DNA of 52,745 nt, filler included, from Sphacelaria rigidula (Eukaryota): assembly GCA_964200075.2 (NCBI GenBank). It is 3 parts of 3 records of this genome, joined end to end, with 100 filler letters (N's around TTAATTAATTAA, not from the genome) between each part and the next. Parts side by side here need not be neighbours in the genome. Positions count along the whole stretch, not along the records: positions 1 to 17,520 come from CAXNAA020001060.1; 2 more parts are not named here. One strand, 5' to 3'. Position numbers and translations under genes: made by a program. The number at the start of each line of letters is the position of its first letter. Positions within the stretch are counted from its first letter, which is position 1. The notes beneath the pieces were generated by a model. That model was given only the letters and a program-made list of their open reading frames with translations, did no database searches and had not been told where the DNA came from. Below are positions 1 through 11,422 of this stretch, piece after piece.

Positions 1-504
1 CAAGACTCGTCGAATTGGGCCGTGCGTTCAACATTTTCGTGACGCTGCTGCACCCCTATAATCCAAGTGATGGGAGACGCCAATTATAGAGGTTATGAGT
101 TCGAATCCCGACATATTCTCTTCTTTTCTTCGTCGGTCGTTGAGCTTATACATCACGCAGTACATTTCTCCAATTTTTTTTTTCATTCAGCGGCGGTGCC
201 GTGTGTCGCCAGGTTGGTCTACACTTCATGGTGATATGCTTACGTCAGGTTCATTCGGGAAACTACGGAAGCTGTGGTGTGAGCAAGTTTTGGCAGTTTT
301 GAAGCTGACCCAGCTCGTATTTCGTCCCTCACATTTCTCTGTTTCCCCTCTTTCTGCCCGTTTTTGTTCCCCAATCCCATCCTCATGTAAACCTTGGCCG
401 CACTTGTGCCGGACCCGTACTTGACGATTGGCTGGTATGTTTCACCGAACCCATTGCGGGTCTACCCTGGATCGGGTTATAACAGCGGCCCGTCGCAGAG
501 GGGC

Positions 505-722
505 ATGGACACCCCCCAGCGACCTGGGGAAGTCAAAGTTTACATCGGAAACCTGAACTTCGAACTGGGCCTGGATAAGATCGCTAACGAGTTCGGGGTG
601 TGCGGCACTATCGTGCGCTGCAAGCTCATCAATGGTCCTGAGGGACGATCCCGTGGGATGGCGTTCGTGTCGTTCGGGAACAAGCAAATGGCGGACAAGG
701 CAATCAGCAAGTTCCATGACAC
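505..722 (+). CDS. RRM gene exon 1 (RNP2/RNP1)
   Basis: MDTPQRPGEVKVYIGNLNF...RGMAFVSF...KFHD; donor AC|gtgagt at 723. Confidence 0.85.
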
Positions 723-3700
723 GTGAGTTTGGGTGTCCCGCGGGCATTTCTTTCTGTTCCTTCTTTTCCTTGAGCGAGTGTTCAAGTTTTGGTCTTCTCA
801 GGGACGCACGCCTATCATGTGACCATGGCTGGATCCCTGAGGGATCACTTGAAGTTCGACAATCAGTCAAGTCAATAAATCATGCCCATGTATGTCTTGG
901 TGCCGTGTGAGTGTTTTTTTCTGTGTTCGAGTGCGCGCGGGCGTATCGTGGAGTTGGGAGTGCGGTGGAGGGTACGAGCTGGGCCGGTCTAGACGCAAAT
1001 TTGTGGTTTGCAGACCCCATCTCACTTTGATTTTTCGAGTTGGACTTTGGAATTTGGTTCGGAGGAAGATATATAGGTCACGCTGAAAAGCTGTCGATCA
1101 AGATTCACATATATATTTTCCCTTGTCCGTGAGTTCAATGCTCGGGCGTTTTGTCAGCCCTTGGACCTGGCTTGGATTGTATACCGGCGCTTTTGTATTA
1201 TTTCTGTGTGAGTTGGCTCGTTGAAGCGTGGGCATGGTGGCATGGAGGTCCGACGAGCAGGTTTGCACTTTAAAAGTTCTGCGGTGTGTGTGTGTGTTTG
1301 TGTTTGTTTTTCTGTTGTAGAATCTTGGCAATGGAGATTTGAAGGAATGTGCTTGGGGCAATACTCAACGAAGAACGCTATGGGTGGAAAACGACTTGAG
1401 TTTAAAGTCGACGAGAAAGGGAACAACTAGCAGATCAGGTCAGGTGTACTACCCCCCCCCCCCTTCGGGAGAAGAGGACTCGGAAGTATGTAGTCGATGA
1501 ACAAATGAAGACTTTGATGACGTGATGAAGGAACTGTAGGTGGGATAAGAGGAAAATGGGGCACACAGGCAGGAGAGAGGCAAACAGGGTGATCATCACA
1601 CTGAGAGCACATAACGGTAGAATGGTCAGCAGTTTGAAGGGGGAAGGGAAACGTACATATGGTGCGCTGCCGACAAATGACACCAAATTTAACAGGAGGT
1701 TAGACGGCAACCCGAGAAGTGAGTCGATGCGTAGGCACAGGTAAATGTAGAGGTGCCAAAACACGCAGCTGTTTTCAAAGAATTGCATAGAGAGGATAGA
1801 AACGCAGCAGGGGCAGACAAATCAATGAAATAATTTGTGAAGTACGGGGGAAGGGGAATTACCATGATAATTGTGTTGTACAAATGGATCTAGGGAAACG
1901 AGTACACAACCGAGAGGTGAAGAGAACAGGTGGTACGTAAAGCTTTGAAACAACGTAGACAAGAGTGACCCACGGAGTTTTTGAGAGGTAACTCTACTGA
2001 GCACCCTGGGAAAAACATTGTGTGATATCCTGAACAAAATAGGGGAAACGATTCTGGAGATGGAAGGAAATACTATCGCGGTGCAAGCAGAGCTTAGACC
2101 CAACCGTATCTGAGTACAGTAAATCACGTACACACCAGGTAGGAGTATTCAGCGTAAAACGCACTGTTTTTTCTAGACGTGAAAAAGGCCTATGAGAAAA
2201 GTGGGCTGGGAAAAAAATGTGGGGAACTGGGATCAACGGAAAATGTGGAAAGTGCTGAAGATGACAGCGTGCGAACAGTGCCATGATGCTAGATTGAAAA
2301 TATTGTAAGTGGTTGCGCGAGGATGTACGTCACCACCCACTTGATATCTTATATTATACCAATGGCATGGTATAGGCAATAAAAGCGGCAAAGCAAGGAG
2401 TCAAGGTAGGGGAAGATATGCTCCCGGGATTGATATTGCGGACGATTTCGTGGGGATATCAGAAACCAGGAGGATTGCAGAAGCAAATAGAGAAGGCGCG
2501 AGAACGCACTAGAAAATGGAAAGTCACAAGCAAACGTGAACTACGGAACTCGACTTCATCGTGTCGAGGACAGAGAGAGCCCGGTGAAGTTCAAATGGAA
2601 GTTGAGAAAAAAGGAATGCCGATCGTAGACTAGTATATATGCCTTGACGTCAAGACATCTAGAAACTGTTTTAGGATCCGTAATTGCAGTAATAGAAAAG
2701 GGTAAGACATACATGGGCAAGACGGATGCTATCCTCAGAGATTCGCACCTAGATACCAGGATCGAGACATGTATTCTGACGAATGCGACTGTATCAAATC
2801 TTGAAGAGGCAGGAGGAGAACTATGGGAAGGGAACGCGAAGTTGGTGAAGCAGCTGGCAACATTACAGATGACAGCAGCAAAGAAAATACTTGAATGCTC
2901 AAAACAATGAGTGATACAGCATTGAGAGGAGAATCGGGAATGTATCCACTTGAAGCAAATTTAGACATGAGGACATTGAAATAACGTTATAACGTATGGA
3001 ACATGCAAAGGAAGAGATTGCCAACCGTAGTTGATGGGGCTGACGACAGGGTACCGGTAGGCTGGAATAACGTGGGAGCGCAGTTGAGAAAGTACGAGAA
3101 GATATAGTAGGAAATCAAGACGAGCTGATATCCGTGAGTGACCGATGGGGGTACAAAACACGAGAAGACACAATGAAAATGAGGGAGAAACAAGCGCCAA
3201 TACCGAAACTAGACGAAGAACACCTGGAGATGTACGGGAGACTGAGAGAGGTGATGGGGATGTATTCATATCTGCATGACTCAATGGGAGTACTTGTAGT
3301 CGGGAAGAACAGGTGGATACGCTGAGTTGCCCCTGTGGAGAAGCAATAGAGGGTAGATGCGATATGGTCGCAGAGTGTAAAATGTACCATAAGGAACGGA
3401 ACATATTGAAGGGGCGAAGGTGGCATGGAAGCGTTTGGTACGTTAGACAGTAGCGAGAAAACTGTCGCGATACTAGGGGATGAGGGATGAAAGACGTTCT
3501 TGTGTGATGCATGGAAAAAACCTTACGAGCGCCCAAATGTTGGAGGTGTCGTCATCAGGGGTAGGAACGATGCCCTGTCTCGAAGGGATGCGTGGTCAAT
3601 GGTCAAGCAACCAAGGCGGGCAACAAATGAAGACGCCCCCCCCCCCCCCCCCCGCCAAAATCCATGTCATGTACAAGAGGCCACTCTCGACGATTACCTA

Positions 3701-6700
3701 AGATGAGAGTTACTGCCGCCGCCCCCCTCCCATACTGCATGTCCTTATCTCGACTTGTTTTCTTTCAGAATGTTCCACGGCCGGAAGGTACAGGTGAGGG
3801 TAGCCACGATGAAGGACGAGCAGAAGGCTGCCCAGCTTCAGTCAGGAACGAAGAACACTCTTGGACCAGGTGGACCGGGTTTCCCAGGGGGGCGTGGTCC
3901 GGGTCTGCTTGGCAGAGGGCCTGGGGGTGAGTTTTTTCGCTTAGCCCGGTTGCTGAACCGCTCGGGTGCACGCGTATAGAATCCCGGTCTTGTTTTTTTT
4001 TTCCAACAAAACTGATGATTGTTTCACATACGCCCAGTCTTGGGCGGTTGAACGGCTGAGCAGGTGCTTGTGTGCTTTTGGACGCGGGGCTTCACTGAAC
4101 AGTAGCTGCGCATGTTTTTCATACCTTGTCTTGGATTCATCCATATCTTGTGTTTTGTCAGATCACTTTTTTTCCTCGTGGATTTTCAGTTTGAACTTGG
4201 CGTTGGTGCGCTTGTTCGAAAGCTCTGGTAACAGACGCTCAGAAAATCCAGGTCCGTCTGTGGGAGAGTTGAGGGATGGCCCGAAGTGCGATTTTTCACG
4301 TTCCGAACAAATTGGGATTATCACTTGGTTGGATTTCGGGCTGTACCTCGGCTCTTGAAAAGGTTAGATACGATAAATCTGAACGTCTTGAGCCACAGCT
4401 TTTGAACAAGCTCGCACACGTTTACAAAACAAGGTGTCATTTTTTTAGAAGAGGTCGAGACGCCTCTCTTGCAGGGGTCACAGGTGATCCCGCCGTGAGA
4501 ACAATGAACGAAACCTTCAATACCTGAGTGAGAGCAGATCTGTATTGATGTGTTGCGCACACCATTGTAGTATGAGCATCCGAGTGCACGGTCTCCCGTG
4601 AATCGTGTTTCACCATCACTTCCGTTGTTATGGCAGGTTTCGGTGGTCGCGGCTTCGGACCCGGTCGAGGACCCCCAGGAGCCCTCCTGGGCATGGGACC
4701 CCCCGGAGGCATGGGAGGCGGTCCGGCAGGTCGCGGCCCGCCAGGCATGGGCGGTCCGGGACCCATGGTTGCCGGACCGGGTCGCGGACCAGGCGGGAGA
4801 GGCGGTGGACCGATGGGGCCGATTGGTGGTCCCATGGGAAGAGGAGGTGGACCAATGGGGAACGGGGTTGGACCGGTCGGACCAATGGGACCTTCCGGAC
4901 CAATGGGTATGGGCGGACCTATCGGCGGCAGGGGCATGGGTCCCGGCGGCCGTGGAGGGCCCATCGGTGCTGGACAGCCCATGGGACCAGCAGGGCCCAT
5001 GGGACCTGGTGGAACGATGCCAAGGGGACCCATGGGGTCCGGCCGAGGTTCCTTGCGTCCACCTGGGCCCAACATGGACATGACAATTGACGGCAGTGGG
5101 CCCTCGGGAGGGTAAGTTAATGTTTGAGAGTGAAAGTGAATTTTGGTTTGGTCAAAGGCTGGCTGTTTTTTTGTGGAGAGACTGGGCAGCGCGTTTAAAT
5201 CGCGTCATTTTGTCGTGATCGGGTACTGGGTGTTCGTGTACGGACTGGCTTCAGGCGTGCGCATTGCCTTGAAGTGTGAACTTGAGTTGAGGTTGGGTTG
5301 GGAAACGTGCCCCCGTTCCCAACTTGAAGCTGAATTTTTCCTCGTCGGCGAGGGAGTGTACCCTGCTCGCTGGTGAGGAATATCGGACACTGTATATATA
5401 TATATACATATTTTTACTGTATCCCTCGCGTGTCGACCCACTCGAGAATCCTCGCCACCCTTCTCGAGTACGCATATGTACAATCATTGATGCTTTGCTC
5501 ACCTCTCGTTGGTTTGTCATATTCAAAACTGTCTCATATTGGGTGGCCCCTCAACCGCCCGCATTTTTGTTCCTCGAATAATCAGCATGGGAATCGGAGG
5601 GGGCCGTGGTGGTCGCGGAGCGGGCGGCAGGGGTCCGCGCGGACCGGCTGGCCGCGGGCCGGGGGGGCCAGGCAGAGGAGGCCGCGTACCCGCTGGTGGA
5701 CCCGATATCATTGGACCCGGTCCGGACATGCTAGGCGGACCGGGCCCCGGACCCGGTCCAGGCATGGGAGGAAGGGGCCCCGGCGGATCGGGCATAGGTG
5801 GTCCTAGAATGATGAACGCGGGCCCTGGTGGTCCTGGGGGGCGAGGAATGACCCCCGGGCGTGGTGGCGGACGGGGTGCGGGTCCCGGGGGGCGGGGGGC
5901 GGGCAGGGGAGGGGCCCAAGGGATCGTTGGACCCATGGGACCTCAAGTGGGTGACATGGGAATGGGAGGACCCGTGGGTCCGGTTGGCGCTAGCGGACGT
6001 GGTCCCATTGATGGTATGGACGGACCCGGGCCCGATGGTATGGCGGTGGGTGGGCGAAGAGCGATGGGGGGTAGGGGTGGCGCTGGCGGTGTCGGGGGCA
6101 GGATGGGGATGGGCGGTGGGGGCGGAGGTGGTTGGGATGACTACGGCGGACAAGGTGAAGGTGGGTCACTCGGGGCTGTTCCCAACCACTCCTGCAAGGC
6201 ATCTATCATGTTTCGTCTGATCAATCAGTATTCATGGGTCTCGCACAGTGGTGGGTGCTACCCGTTGCCTGGGAAAGTTGAAGATTTCTTGTGGTCGGCG
6301 CCATGTGTGCCGTCTTGCAAAAGCTGAATGAAGCGAGCACCTAACTTGTCGAACTCTCTCTCGAAGTTTTGGTCATGTGTCTCCGCTCATGCTGGGGAGA
6401 TATACGTAAAAGTACCTTAGGCTCTGATAACGTGCCCTGTGTGCTACGTGATGGTTGCAGTTCGGTGCACATTGCGCGAAGGATACTACTGGTTGACTTT
6501 CTTGAAACTTTCTGTACCCCACTGCTCGATTACGATACCCTTGATACACCCATGCTGCTGCAGGTGACCCATACGCTGACACTTCTGACCGGCGTGCGGG
6601 GATGCGAGGTGGACCGGGTCGCGGCGGCATGACAGGCGGACCGGGGGGTCGCGGTCCCATGGACATGGATGGTGAGATGAGCGGTTGTGGTGATGATTTT

Positions 6701-9700
6701 TCTCCCGCCATCTCTGCACACTGCTGATCATCGTCGTTTTGGTTATTCTAGCATCGTGGTTGTCCTCTTTTTGTTGCGTGTCTCATGTGCCCGTTCCCGA
6801 GTCTACCGCACCTATTTGCGAGTCCCTTACTGTTTCACACGTAGTGGTGCATTGGCTTCTTGTCATGAAATATTATCGGCCGAAAATAATAACGCTCCTA
6901 TTTTGTGCGGAAAGGACATGGGCACGTCGAAGAATGTTTTGGAACAGTCCATATCTGAGGAAGCTGTATTTTTCAAATTGTGTACATGGGCTGATACGTG
7001 GACGCAAGCATCCCTCAATGTCAAGATTTGTCCAGACGCGTTTTTTCATTCCAGAATTTGTCCAATTTTCTCACCCAATTTCTCTTTTCTCCGCCAACGA
7101 GACTTCTCGCCGAACACACTTTCGAAACAGGCAATATACCATGTACCACATTCGTGATCATCGATTTCTCGCTAGGTTGGCATCTGTTCCGAATAAGAAC
7201 GATCCTGACAGCAACAAGAGCCTGACTGTACATGACCAATTTATTTTCACTCCCCTTCTCTCCACAGGCGGGGGCATGCCTCGTGACGGGCCGTACGATG
7301 GCCAAGGGCTCCGTGGCGGCGGTGGTGGCAGCAGTGCAGGCGGCATCAACGACGGCGTCCGGAACGGTTTCGGCGGCGGCATGGGCGGCGGTGGAGGCCG
7401 CGGCGGTGGCGGGGACATGTCGGGCCCGGGGGCGGGCGGCGGGCGCCGTGATGGCATTGGTGGTGGCTATGCCGGCGAGCGTGGAGTCGGAGTCGGCGGA
7501 AGCGGTGGCGGAGCTTGGGGAGTCGATGGTCCTGCCGGGGGTATGGGGTACGACGGCTCGGGAGCAGGTGAATATAGGGGACATACATGTCTGATTCGGG
7601 TGTAGTGCGGTGTGCCAGTGTCAAAGGTGGGTGGAGTGCTATCGATCGGGCGTGTAGGCCTTGGTAGTGTAGCAGGTCCCTGTAATGCGTTTGTTGTGTT
7701 CGTTGGGGTCATCACAGCTGTCATGACAATGTATGCAAAGGCTGGGGTGTGGTGTAGTAACAAATTGATGTCTGTTCGTGTACGTGTCGCGGGTGTATGT
7801 AGAGTGACTTCTGACAAGGGCCTCCCGCGCGGCTTAATTTCTTGCCCGCCAGACGTGTAAAGCTCCACAAGGTTGGAGAGGTAGGTTATGCTGCTTTGTA
7901 TGATGTCTTCGAGGCTATTTGATTGTATCGCTTTTTTTCAGGGCGGCGTTACTCTTTGTTACTCTAGCTGCAAGGCTTTTTGGACGTGGGTGCTGTCGTT
8001 TGAGAATTTTAGCTTGAGCAAAACGTGTCTTGCGTTGAGCCCGCGGATGAAATTTATATGTATACCCGATATTTTTCAGCCCTGGTATGCATACTGTTTT
8101 TTCTGGAGACGCAGCAAGTAGTGGCGTTGCTAGATGGCGACTGCGTATTTTCTTCAGCGCTTGAGCGGCGTGTTGTCGTATTCGACGCGGAATAGTTGGT
8201 TGTGCATGCTTGAAGTCACGTGAGGGAAGTTCGCGCGCATAGAGTGGGTCGAACACGCGAGTTGTCCTCGACTCATCACAGCGTGTGGTGAGCTTGACGG
8301 TAAGTTTATGTCCTGAGTCTCGGCGCTCTGATTCAGGTTTGCCGAGCACACGTTTGCTGCACTGCCATTTCTTACGTTACCATCATAATGTTGTTCTTTG
8401 GTGTATAGTTTGTCTCTCATTTGTGATTTTTTTTCGACGTGTCCGTCGTATGGTACAAGACGGTGTATGATATCATGGCAGTGACGTGCCGACGGATGTA
8501 GCTTTACGTTCGTCATCAGGGGCAGAATCTTCACTTGAATAGCCCACTTGTTGTTGCACCATAGGGGGTGAGTCCTCGCTTGTTGCCCACGCGATCGGCA
8601 CCCTTCCCCCCCTCTCCCCCCCGCCTGATGATTTTGCAGTCATGTACTTGCTGCAAGTGCAACATATCTGTCGTATCTTTTCACGAAGCTAGACTTCCGT
8701 GTGAAGACTTCGCCGTTGCAAAGTTCCGAGGGGAGCGGGCGTACGGTCGTGATACGTCCCGTCGCTTGTACTCTTAGATCGTCTGTTGCCTCACTTCATT
8801 GTGTGGTGGATTCGCGGAGGGTATTTACCCCCCCCCCCCCCCCCCCCCCCCCCCTCCCTGCCCCCCCTCTTTTCTTTTTTTGTTTTTTTTTTTTCCTTTA
8901 TCATTGTTTTTTTTACTTTTTACGTCCCGTTGGTTGTACGCTTAGGTCGTCTGTTGCCCCCCTCCATTGTGTGGTGGGTTCGCGGGGGGTATTTCCCCCC
9001 CCCCCCCCCCCGGCTCTGTTTCGGAGCCCCTCTCTTAGTTTTGTTGATCAAGATATTCACCTCAACTATTGCATTACTGCATGTAGTACTCGTGTGTATC
9101 CCCGCATCGTGGTGTTTTTTGCTGTTGCTGTTAGGTTACTGTAGGTGTAGATGCACGTTCACTGTCCTCTGTATGTCGTATTACGAGTTTTTCGTCGCTG
9201 CTCCATTGTCGCGTACCCCGGTTTGGCACATGGAAGACATATTTCAGTTGGTGAAACTTGCAGCCGGGAATTCGCCTCATTGCTAGATTTTCGTTACTTG
9301 TACTGCTACGATTTTGGTGCTTATCAGTTTGTGCTGTTGAGCGGTGATCACCAAGTCACGCCGCCGTGGCATTACTATTACATTTTTGGTTCTAGTTTAT
9401 GTTGGTGTTTTTCGCCTCGTTCCTGTTCTTTTTACATTTTGCTTCTTCCTTGACATCTTTGTGGGTATTTATTTTTCCTCTGGCGGATCGGCATGATCAT
9501 TGGTCGTTGCCTAGGTACCGTATCTTTATTGTTCTTTCTTTCTGTTGTTTTGTTGTTTTGTTCTATTTTTCTTGTCTTGTTTCCAACTATTTTAAGGCGA
9601 TCGGCGCGGGCCAACCGGGCAGTCTGATTACGACTCGTCTTCCGGTATGATACGCGGCGGTGGCGGTATGACCGGGGGTAGTGGCTATGACAACAACTTG

Positions 9701-11422
9701 GATGAGCGCGGCGGTGCCGGTGCCGGTGGCGGGGGAGGCCACTACGGCTCCACCGCCGCCGACCGGGGCTACCGTGAAGGTTACAGTGACCAACGCGGGG
9801 GCTACGGCGCCGGGGTTGGTGGCGGCGGTTCGGTGCGTAACGGCCGGGACCATGAACTGGGTAGTGGTTATGACGGTAGAGATGGCCGTGTAGGGGCAGG
9901 GGCGGGGTACGATGACCAGACCAATGGGGGTGCGTACGGTAGCCGTGGTGCCGGCGCCGCTGCGACTTACGGCAGCGGCGGTAGTGGTGTAGCAGGGGGC
10001 CGAGGGGATGCTCCGTACAACGACGATTACGGCGCCTCGCGGGAAGGAGGTGCTGCGGCCGGTTCTACCCGCGGTCGGGGCGGGACATCGCAGAGGGGTT
10101 ATGACAATGACCGCTACGATGATGGCGCGGGCTACCGGGGTTCTACTGCCGATACCAGAGACAGAGGGGCGGGATACGGTAATCGAACTGATGGTAACGC
10201 CGCCGGTGGAGGTACATACGGCTATGGCAGTAATAATGCTGGGGGTAGTGGATACGACAATGCCAATGGGGGCGGCGGCGGGGGCGGCGCGGGGTACGGC
10301 GCAACTGCATCGAGAGACGACGGGACCGGGTACGCGGACAACGGAGGGGCCCCCCAGCAAAATGTTGGCTACGGTAATGACGCCAGTCAGGGTTATCAGC
10401 GTGAGGGCGACTCCGTTGGCGGCGGCCGCGGCGGTTACGACCAGCAGGGACCTGCCTCGGGAGATTCCGGGTACGGGCGGACGGACGGGGGTGGCGGGGG
10501 CGCGGGCTACGATCAAGGTTACACCAACGGTTCGGGTGGTGGGACCAACCGCAGCGGCCAGCAGGGGTACAGCAGCCCTGGAGCAAACGACATGTCTAAC
10601 AGCTACGGCACAACAAATAACAGCAGCAGCGGCTACATGGCGCAGTCTACGGGAGGCGGCGGTGGCAATGGCGGCGGCGGAAGTGGGTATCAAAACGCCT
10701 CGCTTGGCAAGGATGGTCATGACAGAGATGGCGCGGCGACCGCTGATGCCCAGGGCGCCAGTGGCGGGGCCTACATGTCCTCGGACGTGTATGATTCGTA
10801 CGGTGGGCAGGGCGGTAGCGGATCCTACTCACAGTACGGCACGGCCAGTTCTACGGCCGGCAGAACTCCCCAGGGTACACTGTACGGCGCTGGACAAAAG
10901 TCATCGTCCTCTGGGTACGACATGACCCCCGGGAAGGGTGGTGGCACCGCCTACGCCGCTTCCGGTGATTATCCGTCCTCCAGCCAGTATCAAACTCCCC
11001 GTGACACCAACACTACCTCGTCCAGCTACGGTAACACGAGCTCGTCCATGTACGGCAATTCGTCGGGTGGCGGCGGTGGCGGCGGCGGCGGCGGCGGCGG
11101 TGCAGCTTCGTACGACGCAACTGCCACTAGCGCTCCTTACTCGTCGACCAGCCAGGCCGGTGCCGGTGGTGGTGGCGGGGGTGGCAGCAGCAACTACACT
11201 AGTAGTGCGGCTGGTGGTGGGGGCGGGCAGTACGCGTCCAACTCAACAGCCGATGCCGGCGACTATTGGGGGCAGCAGGGTAGCGGCGGCGCCTACGGTG
11301 CAACGTCAAGCGGTGCGAGCAGGACAGAGGCAGGTGCGGGAAGTGCCACTGCTGCCGGCGGTGGGCAGTACGGTTCCGGTTCGGGTACACGCAGTGGTGC
11401 CTCCGGAGGGTACACCTGGTGA
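505..11422 (+). CDS. Spliced gene: RRM RNA-binding protein with ~1100-aa Gly-rich (GPM/RGG then G/Y/S) low-complexity tail, ~1219 aa, 7 exons
   Basis: Exons 505-722, 3769-3926, 4637-5111, 5586-6160, 6564-6671, 7268-7567, 9597-11422. All introns are GT..AG, all phases match, total 3660 nt. RNP2 VYIGNL and RNP1 RGMAFVSF lie in exon 1; the RRM is completed across intron 1 (KFHDT|MFHGRKVQVRVA). The start at ATG 505 is provisional. Confidence 0.85.
1321..3653 (+). mobile_element. Degenerate non-LTR retrotransposon (LINE) with RT remnants, in intron 1 of the RRM gene; 3' end in poly(C)
   Basis: Frameshifted RT motifs: FLDVKKAY (~2170-2195), (Q/R)GCT-SP (~2315-2340), GL..ADDFVGISET (~2427-2470). 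Homologous to 22540-23835. Ends ...gcaacaaatga...C18. The 5' boundary is approximate. Confidence 0.8.
3769..3926 (+). CDS. RRM gene exon 2 (end of RRM, start of Gly/Pro region)
   Basis: Acceptor tctttcag|A ATG TTC CAC GGC; donor G|gtgagt. Confidence 0.85.
4637..5111 (+). CDS. RRM gene exon 3 (GPMG/RGG repeats)
   Basis: Acceptor tggcag|GT TTC GGT; donor GG|gtaagt; matches ORF 4630-5115. Confidence 0.85.
5586..6160 (+). CDS. RRM gene exon 4 (GPG/RGG repeats)
   Basis: Acceptor aatcag|C ATG GGA; donor G|gtgggt; within ORF 5509-6327. Confidence 0.8.
6564..6671 (+). CDS. RRM gene exon 5
   Basis: ctgcag|GT GAC CCA TAC ... GAC ATG GAT G|gtgaga; translates DPYADTSDRRAGMRGGPGRGG... Confidence 0.8.
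7268..7567 (+). CDS. RRM gene exon 6 (Gly-rich)
   Basis: ccacag|GC GGG GGC ATG CCT ... GGA GCA G|gtgaat. Confidence 0.8.
8753..9010. repeat. Two-copy local duplication (~75-bp unit, each followed by poly-C) in intron 6
   Basis: tacgtcccgt..gtac.cttag.tcgtctgttgcc...cattgtgtggtgg.ttcgcgg.gggtattt.cccc at ~8754 and ~8921. Confidence 0.8.
9597..11422 (+). CDS. RRM gene terminal exon 7 (G/Y/D then G/Y/S/Q prion-like region)
   Basis: Long pyrimidine tract then tttaag|GC GAT CGG, in frame with ORF 9647-11422; ends GGYTW*. Confidence 0.85.

Noticed and set aside
1321-1443. Possible extra exon in RRM intron 1 after a (GT)n tract and ttgtag
   Set aside because: Falls at the start of the LINE remnant; exon 1 joins exon 2 directly to complete the RRM.
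5425-8261. ~19-bp inverted match between intron 3 (5425-5443) and intron 6 (8242-8261)
   Set aside because: Too short to claim a splicing or circRNA role; probably remnants of a common repeat.
4437-10925. Long Pro-rich and Ala-rich ORFs antisense to, or in alternative frames of, the Gly-rich exons (e.g. 4437-5081, 9587-10720, 10008-10925)
   Set aside because: Shadow ORFs of GC-rich, stop-poor Gly codons; the spliced + strand model explains the region.
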